A stretch of 64,000 bases of DNA from Octopus bimaculoides. Its lineage: Eukaryota. The stretch spans positions 39,378,336 through 39,442,335 of the forward strand of contig NC_069001.1 of assembly GCF_001194135.2 (NCBI RefSeq). The letters are read 5' to 3'. Shown here piece after piece: positions 1 through 11,692 of this stretch (positions are counted from its first letter, which is position 1; the number at the start of each line of letters is the position of its first letter). A program made the position numbers and the translations under genes. The notes under the pieces are model-generated. The model ran no database searches. It was not told the origin of the DNA and worked only from the letters and a program-made list of their open reading frames with translations.

Positions 1-424
1 TATATATATATATATATATATATATAATACAAGGTCTTAGCAAATGCATTTTACATACTTGATGATTCCGCATACAAAATCCCATACACATCTTTTGCAT
101 GCATAGGTATGTGTGTGGATGTATGCTAGTTCGCGTGCCTAAACGTTTGGGTGGTGTGAAATTAAATACACAATCAAACACGTAACGTCATGACTCTACA
201 TACACGCACACACAGGGGCAGGAGAGGGGTAGAATATGCCCAGTACAGATGAGGGAAGATTAGAGTTCAAATATGAACGCAACATAGAAAATTGTTGAAT
301 TCCTATTCACAAGAGACCCCGCGGAAAGTTCATTTGATAAATGAAATCCAACATATTTTGAATGCATGCGTTGGTCATATTACACTTGCTATGGGTATAT
401 TTTTATGCAACACCTCTTTTGTGT

Positions 425-461
<37 letters not shown>

Positions 462-740
462 TCAAAATAGTCTCTCTGATGATTTTTCCACTTGAATAAT
501 ATGAGAGAGAGAGAAAGGTAGATCACGTCACACTAACACCAACCTTGAGCACTTCCTCCACACACACACACACACACACAAAATAAATACCATAGAGAAA
601 TCTACATCCACCCAGTGAATCCTAACCTTCTACACATGTGATTAGAATCTGCCCCTTGATGATCTGAGTGAGATCAATCAATGGGTTCCGCAAGCTGGAT
701 GAGTTCTCCTAGGGCCATGCGCAAATAATTTTTTCATTTC

Positions 741-947
741 TTTCTTTCCATTATAGGCATAAGGCCTGAAATATTGGGTGGGAGGAGGGGCAGTCGAAAC
801 CTGTATTCAACCGGTATTTATTTTATCAACCCTGAAAAGACGAAAGGCAAAGTCAATCTCGGCGGATTTTGAACTCAGAACGTAAAGCCCGAAGTAATGC
901 CACAATGCATTTTGTCCGGAGCGGTAACGGTTCTGCCAGCAAGCCGC
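741..947 (-). mobile_element. tRNA-derived SINE, family A (head GGCGGTGAGCTGGCAGAATCGTTAG), diverged copy
   Basis: Reverse complement aligns by eye over ~200 bp to the + copy at 51975-52185, including the B-box-like GTTCAAAATCC; a (TAA)n run lies next to its head. Confidence 0.85.
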
Positions 948-2215
948 TTTTTGCTAATAATAATAATAATATACTAATAATGATAATCATAATATATGCA
1001 CGTAATTAATTATTCATATATGCAACTTGTTATATACACACATACACACACACACACATATATATTATAGAGACACACTCATCCGCATTAAACAACGTGC
1101 ATACATATACATGTATATTTACATAGATCGCTGAAGATATTTAATCGATAAATCGTTTAATTTACAATGTTGTCACCAAGGCAACGAGAAATGTAAATCG
1201 CGCGTGTGTGTGGGGCGGGGGAGATGTGAAACACAAGTTTGGAGATGTTTGAAATTAATAAAGTATTGGCAGAAGGCTGTGTCGGGAACGAGGGGAGGGG
1301 TAGAAACGAAAAAGATGTGGTGAGTTCAGGTTGTGTAGGGTGTCATTACGGGGAGACTGGACCAGAGCTCCCGTACTATCACTGATAGAGACAATACCCC
1401 GCAGTTGTTCTTCATACCCTGATGTATTGGACGATTGTTACCCCGGGTAAACTGGGCATAGATTCTGTTCCCTTTTCGTTTCTAAGCGACTTTTTTACAT
1501 TTTTTTTTGTTCTTCCTTTTTGTTTATTTTTTTAGACAATTGCTTGACGTGTTCGAGTATTGAACTGTCAACGAGTTCAACGCTTTCTTCTCAATAATGC
1601 AGTGTGAGAGAGATAACCACCCACATATCCAAGTATCTATATATTAACTGCGTATAGAGAATATACATACATTTAAAGACATGTTTGTATAGGAGATAAG
1701 GAAATTGAATACGCGTGAGTGTGTGTGTAATACATATCAGACAAAAATAGATATAGTCGCAGGAACATATGTACACAGATATTCAGAAATATGCACGCAC
1801 GAACACACAGACACGCTCACGCACAGACACGCACACACACATATATACGTATACATATGTGCGTTGCACAGACACACATACCCAGACTTAGTAGCATATA
1901 GTTTCACACATGCACATATACACGCATGCAGATCAACAAGTAGTTTATGAAATTAGTAGAAAGTTTATAGTTGTACATTAGCTTGGTGTAGTCTAAGACT
2001 GACGTAGCAGCAATCTAGTAGTAGTGCTGCTCATGGTGCGGTGACTACTACAACCAACACTAAACAAGCGACACACACACATACATACACACACGTATAT
2101 ATTTTTTTTAATGCTGGACGATGGTTGGAGTTTCTGCCAACTGCATCAACCCCACCCTCGTGCTAACGCCTGAATTCTCAACAAGACATTAGTGTTGTGT
2201 GCAATCAACAGGCCT

Positions 2216-2760
2216 CACACCTGTATCACTCTGGTTGTCATTTGAAGCTGTTTGCTGTGAAAGTACCTGCTGTTATACTGTGAATAGTGAACAAAACAGC
2301 AACAGAGGAGGTGCGTATAACACAGGTATGGTAGATATAAGTACAACGACTTGATGTGCCAACACCAAGCAGTCAACGCACCTGAGTCACTGTCACCTTC
2401 GTCGATAGGTGTTTCCAGTGTGACAATGTGAAAGTACCTGCTGCCGTACCGTGACAGGCAAACAGTGCAATAATGAAGAGCTGGATGTAGCATACCGGTG
2501 GAGAGTGTTTTAATGATGCAGTCAGCAGTCAACACACCTGAGTCACACTCTGTCTTCATTAAAGGTCCTTCTTCTCGTGTGATGATGTACAAGTACCTAC
2601 TGTCGTACTGTACAGTGACTAGTGTAATCTAGAGTACAGGTGTGTTAATTACAGTGATTGCATGTGGCTGCTATCACACCACACACACCTGACACACTCG
2701 CACCTTCAACAAAAGGTGTTTTTTGTGAAGTAAACGTTAACGTGCCTGCCATGTTGTGAA
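2216..2760. repeat. Diverged tandem repeat, ~150-170 bp unit, about 3.5 copies
   Basis: TGTGAAAGTACCTGCTG is exact at 2256 and 2427, and AAGTACCT recurs at 2591. GCAGTCAAC(G/A)CACCTGAGTCAC occurs at 2369 and 2525. C(A/G)CACCTG occurs at 2216, 2377, 2533 and 2684. Confidence 0.85.
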
Positions 2761-2829
2761 TGGGGAACAGGGTAGCGGTGAACAGTTCAGGTGTTGTGTA
2801 CACGTGGCAGTTAACAGAATAGTTGTAGG

Positions 2830-3550
2830 GGTAGAATAATTGTTGCTGATGTTTAACCCAAAGACAATCCAGAGTGAGCATCCCTTCCCCCCCCCGCTAA
2901 TTTTCAGTGTATCTAGGACTACAGTATTCAATATGTCGTTGTTGAAGTTATTAGTGAGGGATTTGACTGCAATATAGCTGCTATTTCTAGCATTTCGAGC
3001 GACCTCATAGAGGCTCCACGTTGGCTCCTTACTGTCGGTCGTGAACAGATGACAGTGGACAACTGAACAACGTAGAGGTGAACAGGTGATAGTGAACAGT
3101 GAAACAATTGACAGCATATAGCAGCGAACAGTTGACAGTGAACACAATAAAGCCATGTTTTGACAATGGAAGTTGGCAGGGGGGGGCTACCTGTGTTTAA
3201 TGTTGTGGTTTAACCCTAGACCATTCCTTGTTCCAACAAACCTGTAATAAGACATTCCAGGTGACCATCCATCCATATAAGTGCGTCCTATTTGTTAAAT
3301 GGTTTGAGGTTGTTTTGGCTGCTGTTTCTAGAAAGGTGACGCGATCCCTTGCAAACAGCGGCGGTGAAGGACCAAAGTTTTAGTGAGCAATGAACAGTTC
3401 ATGTGACAGTGAACATGTGGACGCAAGTTATGCGATCCTCATTGAGTAGTATTATATTCAAGGACGTTCCAACCGTGTCCACCTGGCTTAGAACACGTCC
3501 TTTTTTTTTCTAAAAAAGAGTAGGATGTGATTTAGCTGTTATTTCTAGCA
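2830..3550 (-). mobile_element. Three same-orientation copies of interspersed repeat family C (core TAGAAATAGCAGCCAAATCT...; AAC-rich tail)
   Basis: Copies at ~2830-3025, ~3200-3345 and ~3440-3550 each carry GCTGCTATTTCTAG-like cores and resemble the + copies at 7780-7920 and 53375-53500. Confidence 0.7.
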
Positions 3551-4060
3551 GAGCGAGTGATTGCATCGAGGCTTCGGCTGTGGTAGAGGGGGCGGCGGTG
3601 GCGTTGGGTGCGTTGCTGCTGCTGCCGCTGGTGAAGTCGGCGTCGGTAGCAGCGCTTGTTGACAGTTACGTGCTGCAGCAGCAACAGTAGTTTTTGTTGT
3701 AAAGGCTGGCGGTGGCGTGCAGAGCGGCGGTGGCGGCGGCAACAACAACAACATCAATAGAAACAACAGCAGCAGCAGCAGCAGCAAATGCAGCAGCCGT
3801 TGTCATTGTAGTTGACTGCATGCTGGCGGTGGTGGCGGTGGTGGTGGTGGCGGTTGTGTTGTTGTTACTGATACCATCTGCCCAACCGGACAGCATCGAA
3901 GAGAGAGAGAGAGAGAGAGAGAAAGAGAAAGAGAGATGACATTGGTGACGATGGTGGTGGTGGTGGTGGTGGTGGTATCGTCAGCATGTAGTGGTGGCGG
4001 CGGCGGCGGTGGTGGTGTGTGACACCTGTGTCATCACTGAACTGTGGCCATTGAGTCAGG
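3545..4060. other. GC/CpG-rich trinucleotide-repeat block (GGC, GGT, GCA, AAC) with GA run; resembles a 5' UTR or first exon
   Basis: Clearly more GC- and CpG-rich than its flanks; its ORFs are low-complexity on both strands. The 5' UTR interpretation is inference. Confidence 0.4.
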
Positions 4061-4308
4061 TGTGAGTGGAGAAGAGAGAAGGAGAGAGAAGAGAAGAGAG
4101 AGAGAGAGGTGTTGTACAGCAGTATTACCTGTAGAGAGAAGAGTGAGGGTGGCGGAGCTGGAGACAGAGAGGCGTGTGTGCGCGCGCACACACAAACACA
4201 CATACTTACACGGATAGACAAATACATATTCCTGTTGCACATCACACTCACACATACGTGGAGAGAAAAGCGAACAGATCTACATATTCCACACAGCATA
4301 CACGTATG

Positions 4309-4340
<32 letters not shown>

Positions 4341-5120
4341 CACACACATATCGCTTATTTGTCATATCCACATACATATACACGCAGAATGAGCATCGGT
4401 AGATCTGAGAGCGAAATGGGTCTAATGAAGCGAGCGAGCTTAAGCAAGTCTCTCTCTTTTATGATATTTCTTCGCTTTTTTTCTCGCTAGAAATGATTCT
4501 ATTGGAGCTGTGTAAATACCATTTCTTTCCTTCGAAGACAAAAAAAAGATAAACTGGAATTGGTTTTCCTGGGAGTCGCCCTAAACTTGGACCAAATGCA
4601 CATCTGGTTTTCGACAAACGAAAAAAGTAAGATTTCAACTCGGCTTGTCATCTTTCCGGCAGTAATAGCACACGATATCCACATTTGCGCAAAGGCTTGA
4701 TTCCAAACATATATAGATACACCTACACAGAAACATGTATATTTATATACACCCGAAGTCTAATTATATATAGAACTGAAGTCTAAGATTATATACCCGA
4801 ACGGAAACGGGGGAGAGAAAAAAAAGAAGAAAGCAGGAAAAGCAGAATGTTATAAACGATTTGAATTAAAAGAAAACGCAAAAATCACATATATATATAT
4901 ATATACGCACATATATATATATCTACACATGCACTTAACTTTGTGTGCGTATAATATTTAAGTGCACATTATTTATATATGAAGGAAAGAAAAAAGTGAT
5001 CCCTAAAATTTTTCTAGCTCCCTTTCGGCATGAGGATTTTTCAGAGGCAGACAATACGTGTCTGTCTTCGGGTGGTATCGATCCGACAACTCACTGATTC
5101 GTCCACACCTTATTTTAAAG

Positions 5121-5359
5121 GGGTTCACGGTGGTTTAGCAACACGGCATTAACAACAGCAACAACATTATCGCTTGATAATAACAGAGAAGGATTGAGTG
5201 TACATAAGTTTGATATTATCAACTTAAACAAGGAAGAAAAGGCAATGTGTACCCGAGTCGGGTGGATGTGTTTACGGGACGGTTTAATCCTCGAAATATT
5301 GACTAATATACCTGGATATCTTGGTGGAAATTTCGGAACTATAAGTTGTATATATACAG
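5121..5359 (+). CDS. Candidate internal coding exon, unknown product
   Basis: Acceptor TATTTTAAAG at 5111-5120 with an in-frame TAA just upstream; 79 open non-repetitive codons (GSRWFSNTAL...ISCIYT); weak donor CAG|GTCTAC. No domain recognised. Confidence 0.25.
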
Positions 5360-5507
5360 GTCTACATAAAATCGAAAAGATGAAACGAGACACTCGCAAT
5401 AATTAGAAAAAAACCGCAATACATATACACGCACACAAACACACACACACACACACCTACACGCACACACGCACATAAACATTTATTCACCCCCCCCCCT
5501 TCCAAAC

Positions 5508-5553
<46 letters not shown>

Positions 5554-5804
5554 ACCTATCTGTCTATATGAATGAACATAGCTATATACATGCATAGGTC
5601 TATTACATATATTTATTTGTATATTTCTATATACACATGTTTGCACTGATTAAAATGCTCGTAAGCAAAGACAAACCGTATTATTTACAATATATACACA
5701 CATCATGATATACAATTAATACGAGATATCCACATATATACAGGAGTGTATATATAAAAAAATATAAACATATATAGAAAAATATGCAAATTACAGTTTG
5801 TTAG

Positions 5805-5948
5805 GGCTCACATTGAAAGGTGTCAAAATGCAGGTGCGCGGTGTAACGAGACACAATTATTCTAACGAGGATCTTTCGAACGAGAATAATCAGGGATCTT
5901 ACAGTAACCCAATGGAGAATAACGACGAAGACGAAGGGGATTATGAAG
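5805..5948 (+). CDS. Candidate internal coding exon (144 nt, phase 1-1), acidic and Asn-rich, unknown product
   Basis: Acceptor TTTGTTAG| (alternative ACAG| at 5796); open frame LTLKGVKMQVRGVTRHNYSNEDLSNENNQGSYSNPMENNDEDEGDYE; strong donor GAAG|GTAAGC; microsatellite-rich flanks on both sides. Confidence 0.4.
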
Positions 5949-6201
5949 GTAAGCTGTTCCAATCAGCTTGTAATGTTTGTTGTTGTTGTTGTTTAATTCC
6001 CTTCATCCAAGTTTCTTTTCTCTGACCACCGCAGCTCTCAGCATATGGTAACAACACGGTAAACATCTGTTCTCTGTGCGTGTGTGCGCTCGCTACGTCC
6101 TCATACCACGATTTCACATCAGCTGGATGTATATATGCATACATGTGTGTGTGTGTATTTATGTGTGTGTACATATAAAGATGTTAATGGGAGTGAGTGT
6201 A

Positions 6202-6233
<32 letters not shown>

Positions 6234-7316
6234 CGTAGAGAGAGGGGGAGAGGTGCATTTATATATAGGTATTTACAAATCGATGTATGTATATATACGT
6301 TTATTTTCGTGTTTATATAAATCGCACACACATACAAAGAGAGAGAGAGGAAAAGAAAATGATTATAGATATATATGCAAGCACGCGCGCGCGCGCGCGT
6401 TGTATTGAAAACGATTGTCGTTTAGTTTTATCCATTATCAAGTTTATTTTTTTATGTTTCCGCCTGGTTTCCTCGTAGTTAGTTTGAACCTGTAAAGTTC
6501 CTAAATACACGGAATTACAAACCTTACCATTCCAAACCAACCGCAAAGGAATTGATACCATAAAATAAAAAAATAATAATAGAACTATAATCCTTCATAA
6601 AAATACAAAGAATGCAGTGGTTTCCCATCAATATTTAAATGTGTAACTGTTCCCCGTACAAACAGCGGAATATATCTACGCACACACACACACACATTCT
6701 TTCTCACTGCCCCCCTCTCTCTCTTTCATGCATACCTGTGTATTGGGTGTGTGTACATGTATTCGTGTGCACGTGTAAATATGTGTATGTAAGCATGTAT
6801 GCGTGTATTTGCGCTCGTGCACACACACACACACACACATGTTTATATGCACACACACATATATATATATATGCTTATATAACGTGCATATGCATAACTG
6901 TCGATGGAGGTGGGCACTTTTCCACTCTACACAATAAAGCAGTTGTCTATATGAGTTGTATTGGTATAGGTGTCTACTGACGTACATGTGACTAGACTGT
7001 GTGTGTGTCCGTAATGCGTGTACCCGTGTACCCGGGTGGAGAGACAGGGAAGCAGAAAGAGAGATTGCGATGCTAATGGAGAATACATTCACTAATATCA
7101 ATAGTTACATGTATGTAGGCAGACGGGTGGCTGCGTAGATACATAGATATATAGGTATATATATAGGTAGGCTTGGTAGGTGGATGTGTGGGTAGATAGT
7201 GTGTGCACACGTGTCAGGAGGAGGTGCCAGCACATGGTATCAATGTTAAAAGAAAAAATTCTTGCTCTGTGCATATCCGTGCGTAAAGAGTTGCACCCAC
7301 GTGTGCACTGACGTTA

Positions 7317-7347
<31 letters not shown>

Positions 7348-7448
7348 CACAGAGATATCGACCAGTTTCTATCTGAATGCCGGTTCGTGTGCGAGTTAAA
7401 CAACAATTAACAAATGTTGGCTGAGGCCAAATGCTAACTTTATTGCTT

Positions 7449-7740
7449 GTGACCCATTTAAATATATCCAGTTGCTATTGTAACCCCCGTCCAGTAACCC
7501 CTTTAAACACCAGCCATTTGCTGACAACTCAATGAGTGACCATCTAAACGCTAGCCATATGTTTGAAACCAGGATGCGTGACCCGCCGAAATATCACCCT
7601 CTTTAACTACGAGCGAGCCAGCTAAACACGACAAGGGGCGACTCATCTAAACACCATGGTGAGTGGGATTCCCCTACACATCCCAACGAGTAACCCACCT
7701 AAACACCTCAGCGAACGTGGCTCACTTCAGCATCAAACAT
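7449..7740. repeat. Degenerate minisatellite / motif-spacer array, consensus ~GAGTGACCCATCTAAACAC
   Basis: About nine motif copies near 7449, 7494, 7534, 7576, 7611, 7636, 7661, 7688 and 7716. Confidence 0.8.
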
Positions 7741-7779
7741 GCACAAAAATATAATTAAAACTGCGACGGAAACCATCTT

Positions 7780-7920
7780 CTAGAAATAGCAGTCAATTTT
7801 CCACAAACCCCGTCCTAATGTCTTTAAAAAGGAAGAGCAGCATGGGTAAATTTAGTTGTTGATACCCAAAAGGACGGGATGGCCTTGGGCGGAAAGCCTG
7901 TTTATTATCGGTTTAATCGT
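7780..7920 (+). mobile_element. Family C repeat copy
   Basis: CTAGAAATAGCAGTCAAT core followed by GGGATGGCC..., as in other family C copies. Confidence 0.6.
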
Positions 7921-8949
7921 TCAGTGCTGATCTGATGCCAACCATTATCAACACCCATCCCTTCATGCACACACTATACTCACCTAGTCACATATATAAT
8001 GTTACACACACACACACACACACTCATATACAAGTGTGTGTGGATGTGACTCTCCTTTTAAGTATATATTTGTGGGTGTATATGACTATAGACATAGATA
8101 TATTGTGTGGCTGCGCGTGTATGTGTTTAAGACCTTTTAAAATTTTGTAGCAGAACAAATCTGTTGCCAGGTTTCGATTCCGGCTGGGAGCATTAAAATG
8201 ATGTTATTAAACTTTCTATCATGAAGGAATAATTAAGCAACAATCATAGGTTCGCGGCCCATTTTTGTGATCCCTAACGCGGCCCCATGTAAATTTTAAG
8301 CTATATTTGATAAGTTATGTCCTTGAACTGGGGTAAGGGGTTCGTCCTAAATGCTCATTATTAAGCTACTGACCAAGAGGGAGACAAACATTCGGTCAGA
8401 TGTTTGTCGGTTCGATCTGTCTTTGGTACTGTTATATCCTGTTCATTAATCCCTCAACCCCCACTGACCAGCTTGAGGCAATACAATATTCAAGTCTTCC
8501 CCTCCTCCGACTACTGCGGTCAATGCAGTACTTAACAGTCCCTCTCCACCTGTAGTTTCAGCTGTATCCAAGACCCCCCCCTGNNNNNNNNNNNNNNNNN
8601 NNNNNNNNNNNNNNNNNNNNNNNNNNATTCCATCGACCACTGTCCTGGCCAGCTGTACGTTGTCCAACTCTTTTCTCAGCAATGGCTACAACAGCTATTA
8701 AGTCCCTCTCTACTTCTTCCTTCTACATATAACAGTATCAGGTCGTTATTTAAATATATTGCAGGAGGAGAGATTTAACAAGCCAACCCTGCAATGGCGT
8801 TTCCTTTCTCGGTTTCCTCTCCTTCATCCCCATTATATACCTAAGGTCCCGACAAAAATCCCGAAAGCCATGTTCTACTTAATCCTTAATATAATGCAAT
8901 GATGTCCACCGAAACATCATTATGAAATATCACGACCCAATTACGTGGT

Positions 8950-9055
8950 TTCGCGTTCGGTCCTAAGCGCACTGTGGACACATGGATTTTGCCATAACCT
9001 CGAACTGACCAAAGCCTTGGTGTAGAAGTTTCCTAAATGGAAACTGTATAGAAGC
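8950..9055 (+). mobile_element. SINE family B fragment
   Basis: GACCAAAGCCTTG...GGAAACTGTATAGAAGC matches the body of the copy at 23304-23652. Confidence 0.6.
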
Positions 9056-10391
9056 GTGACCGAGCGACCCTCAATCTTCTATTTGGGAGGTAGATTAATC
9101 TGTCACGTGATTTAACACCACCACTTGGTCCCTAGGTGCCTATAGAAGGGTTCACTTTGTAAATATTCGGAACAGATCTCTATTTTCGGGGTAATTCTTT
9201 CTTGTCCTCTTACAAACCTCTTTAGAGGCTCATCGATGCTTCCTCTCGAATCATGAGCAAATATACAGGATAAGTACCTGCCATATATTAGGGACAACCT
9301 ATTCATTATACGCTTCATACGAAATTGTGTCTCTAAATAAGTCAACGGGAAAATAACCTACGTGGTCGCTAGACATAGCAGCCAACTCTCCTTCAAGCAC
9401 GTTCAACTGCTTACAAAAAAAAGACCCACATGTAACAAAGCGTTACACACAACCCTCTAAAAACAGATGTGGCAGTCACGGATAGAAAACCTTTTATTAC
9501 ATGTTGTCTCGGTCATGACCGGAGCTAAACACGAGGGAGTAGCTTGCATTATAATTTTGTTGAAATATTCCGTTGATTTATTTAGGGACAGTTTCAGTTT
9601 TGTAGGACATGTATAGTAGATAGGCTTCCCCCTAACGTATTACAGGTATTTATTTTTAATTCAGTACCTTTTGTAGCTTTAAAGTGGAAGAGCAGCATCG
9701 TTCCTCCTTTTTGTGGAATCTGAGATTGATAGGTGACTTAAATATTTGCTGGGCGAACCCCTGTTTTTGGCACCCAAGGAACAAGAGGTAGTCTTCAACC
9801 ACGTGACATTAATATTCTACCCAAAGAGGAGAATGATGGTCGATCTACCAGGCTTCCACACAGTCTCCATCTATCAATTTCAATCACAAAACTTTCGGTT
9901 AACTCGATTCTATGGCCCAATGCACTTGCTGATGGTAAGTTATAAAACCGAAATCATATAAATAGGGAGCAATACTCCATACCGATGACCCCTCGGCAGA
10001 CAGAGACCTAAACACAACAGCATTTTGCTCCAGAGAAAACAACAACAAAAAAAGTTTAAAGAAATACGGCTAAGATAGAATAGAATTATACTCCTGGGAG
10101 TTTTTTGGGTTTCGATTCTCATGTGAATTCTCTCCACTTCCGTGACATCAAGAACCTTCAGAAATATTCTATGGTTTCATATTTTCTCCTAAAAAAAATA
10201 ATAATCCTTGTAGTTTTCGCACTTTATGGATTTGCTAAATTTGCAAAATAAGCGTTTTCAAACTAGAATATGACACATCTGTACGCATGCATACATAAGT
10301 AAATATCTATCTATCTATCTATCAGTGTGTTTTCCCATGTACATATAGACATGCGCACAAACACATCTATATAATTAGTTTCCATCGTTAT

Positions 10392-10426
<35 letters not shown>

Positions 10427-10514
10427 AGGAAACAGTATTTCCTTTTCTGTGATCGCCTCTTACAAAGTCTCCGAATTGTCCTCTTGATCCATTCTGTCGT
10501 CCATGATTTGTAGG

Positions 10515-10640
10515 CCTAGACATTGCAGAGTGGGTAAGGAGTTCTTGTGAATACGAGTTCGATCCACAGCATAGCATGTTGATCAAATGTCTTCTACCAG
10601 AATCTCGAGTTGCCCCAAACCTTGTGCATGTCAGTAAGTG
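10515..10640 (+). mobile_element. Highly diverged SINE family B copy
   Basis: B-box-like GAGTTCGATCC followed by CAAATGTCTTCTAC...CTCGAG...CCAAACCTTGTG, colinear with family B. Confidence 0.5.
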
Positions 10641-11023
10641 GGTGGACCCTGTGTGGCGGCTAGTCGACTGGGCAGGGGAATTTTCCCTGCAAGTCAAGGG
10701 ACCAGCCTCGTCACACAGTGTATCATACTGGTTCGTCACGTGAATTATGTTCAAGGCATACTAAGCTGTGATATATCCAACCACTCACGTGATAATTTTA
10801 GCATTGAGTACAATGAGAAAACAATTGAATGTTCATCGTAGATCAGAGACGAAGGACCCACAACCGGTTTAGATTACTCTGTCATTTTAAACGAACAAAA
10901 CAGGAATTGATTAAATCTCGGGAATTAATACCTAATCTATAACCAATAATACTGGGAACTGGTTCGATTGATCACATATGACGTCACTGACTGGCATACT
11001 GTTTTTGTGTGTGTATATGCGAG

Positions 11024-11027
<4 letters not shown>

Positions 11028-11085
<58 letters not shown>

Positions 11086-11095
11086 CATATATATA

Positions 11096-11146
<51 letters not shown>

Positions 11147-11155
11147 ATATATATA

Positions 11156-11192
<37 letters not shown>

Positions 11193-11265
11193 GTGTGTGT
11201 ATTACGTATGTATGNNNNNNNNNNNNNNNNNNNNNNNNNNNNNNNNNNNNNNNNNNNNNNNNNNN

Positions 11266-11296
<31 letters not shown>
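11028..11296. repeat. Mosaic (CA)n/(TA)n/(TG)n microsatellite spanning a gap
   Basis: Directly visible; accounts for the HTHT/YIYI/CVCV ORFs at 10.9-11.35 kb. Confidence 0.95.
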
Positions 11297-11692
11297 ATAA
11301 TCACACACACAATTGGGAGCGTTTCCGATTCTGATATTCAGTATTTATGACTGCATTTTTATATTTTTAAAAAATTTCTAAATTTTTAATTGGGGAATAA
11401 TTGCATAAAATGTTGGGAGTGTTCTTGTTAACCAATAAACACAAAAGGAAAAATAATTCAGTCGCATAAAGACAGGCGCACGCGTATGTGTATGCGTATG
11501 TATATATGTATATATGTATGTATATTTATATATATATATACGTATATGTGAACTTGACTTGCCTAACTTTCATTCTTACTTCTGCATTGTTTTAACGCCT
11601 CAGGTTTGAATATCTTGAGCACTTCAAAGTGAAGTCTATGCATTGGAGAAAATCTGTTTTCCTTATCATATATATATATATATATATATATA

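Noticed and set aside
7449-7740. CRISPR array
   Set aside because: Repeats are degenerate, spacing is irregular and short, the context is eukaryotic and there are no cas genes.
8446-8682. Minus-strand ORF spanning a 43-N gap
   Set aside because: Frame continuity depends on the estimated gap length and there is no recognisable motif.
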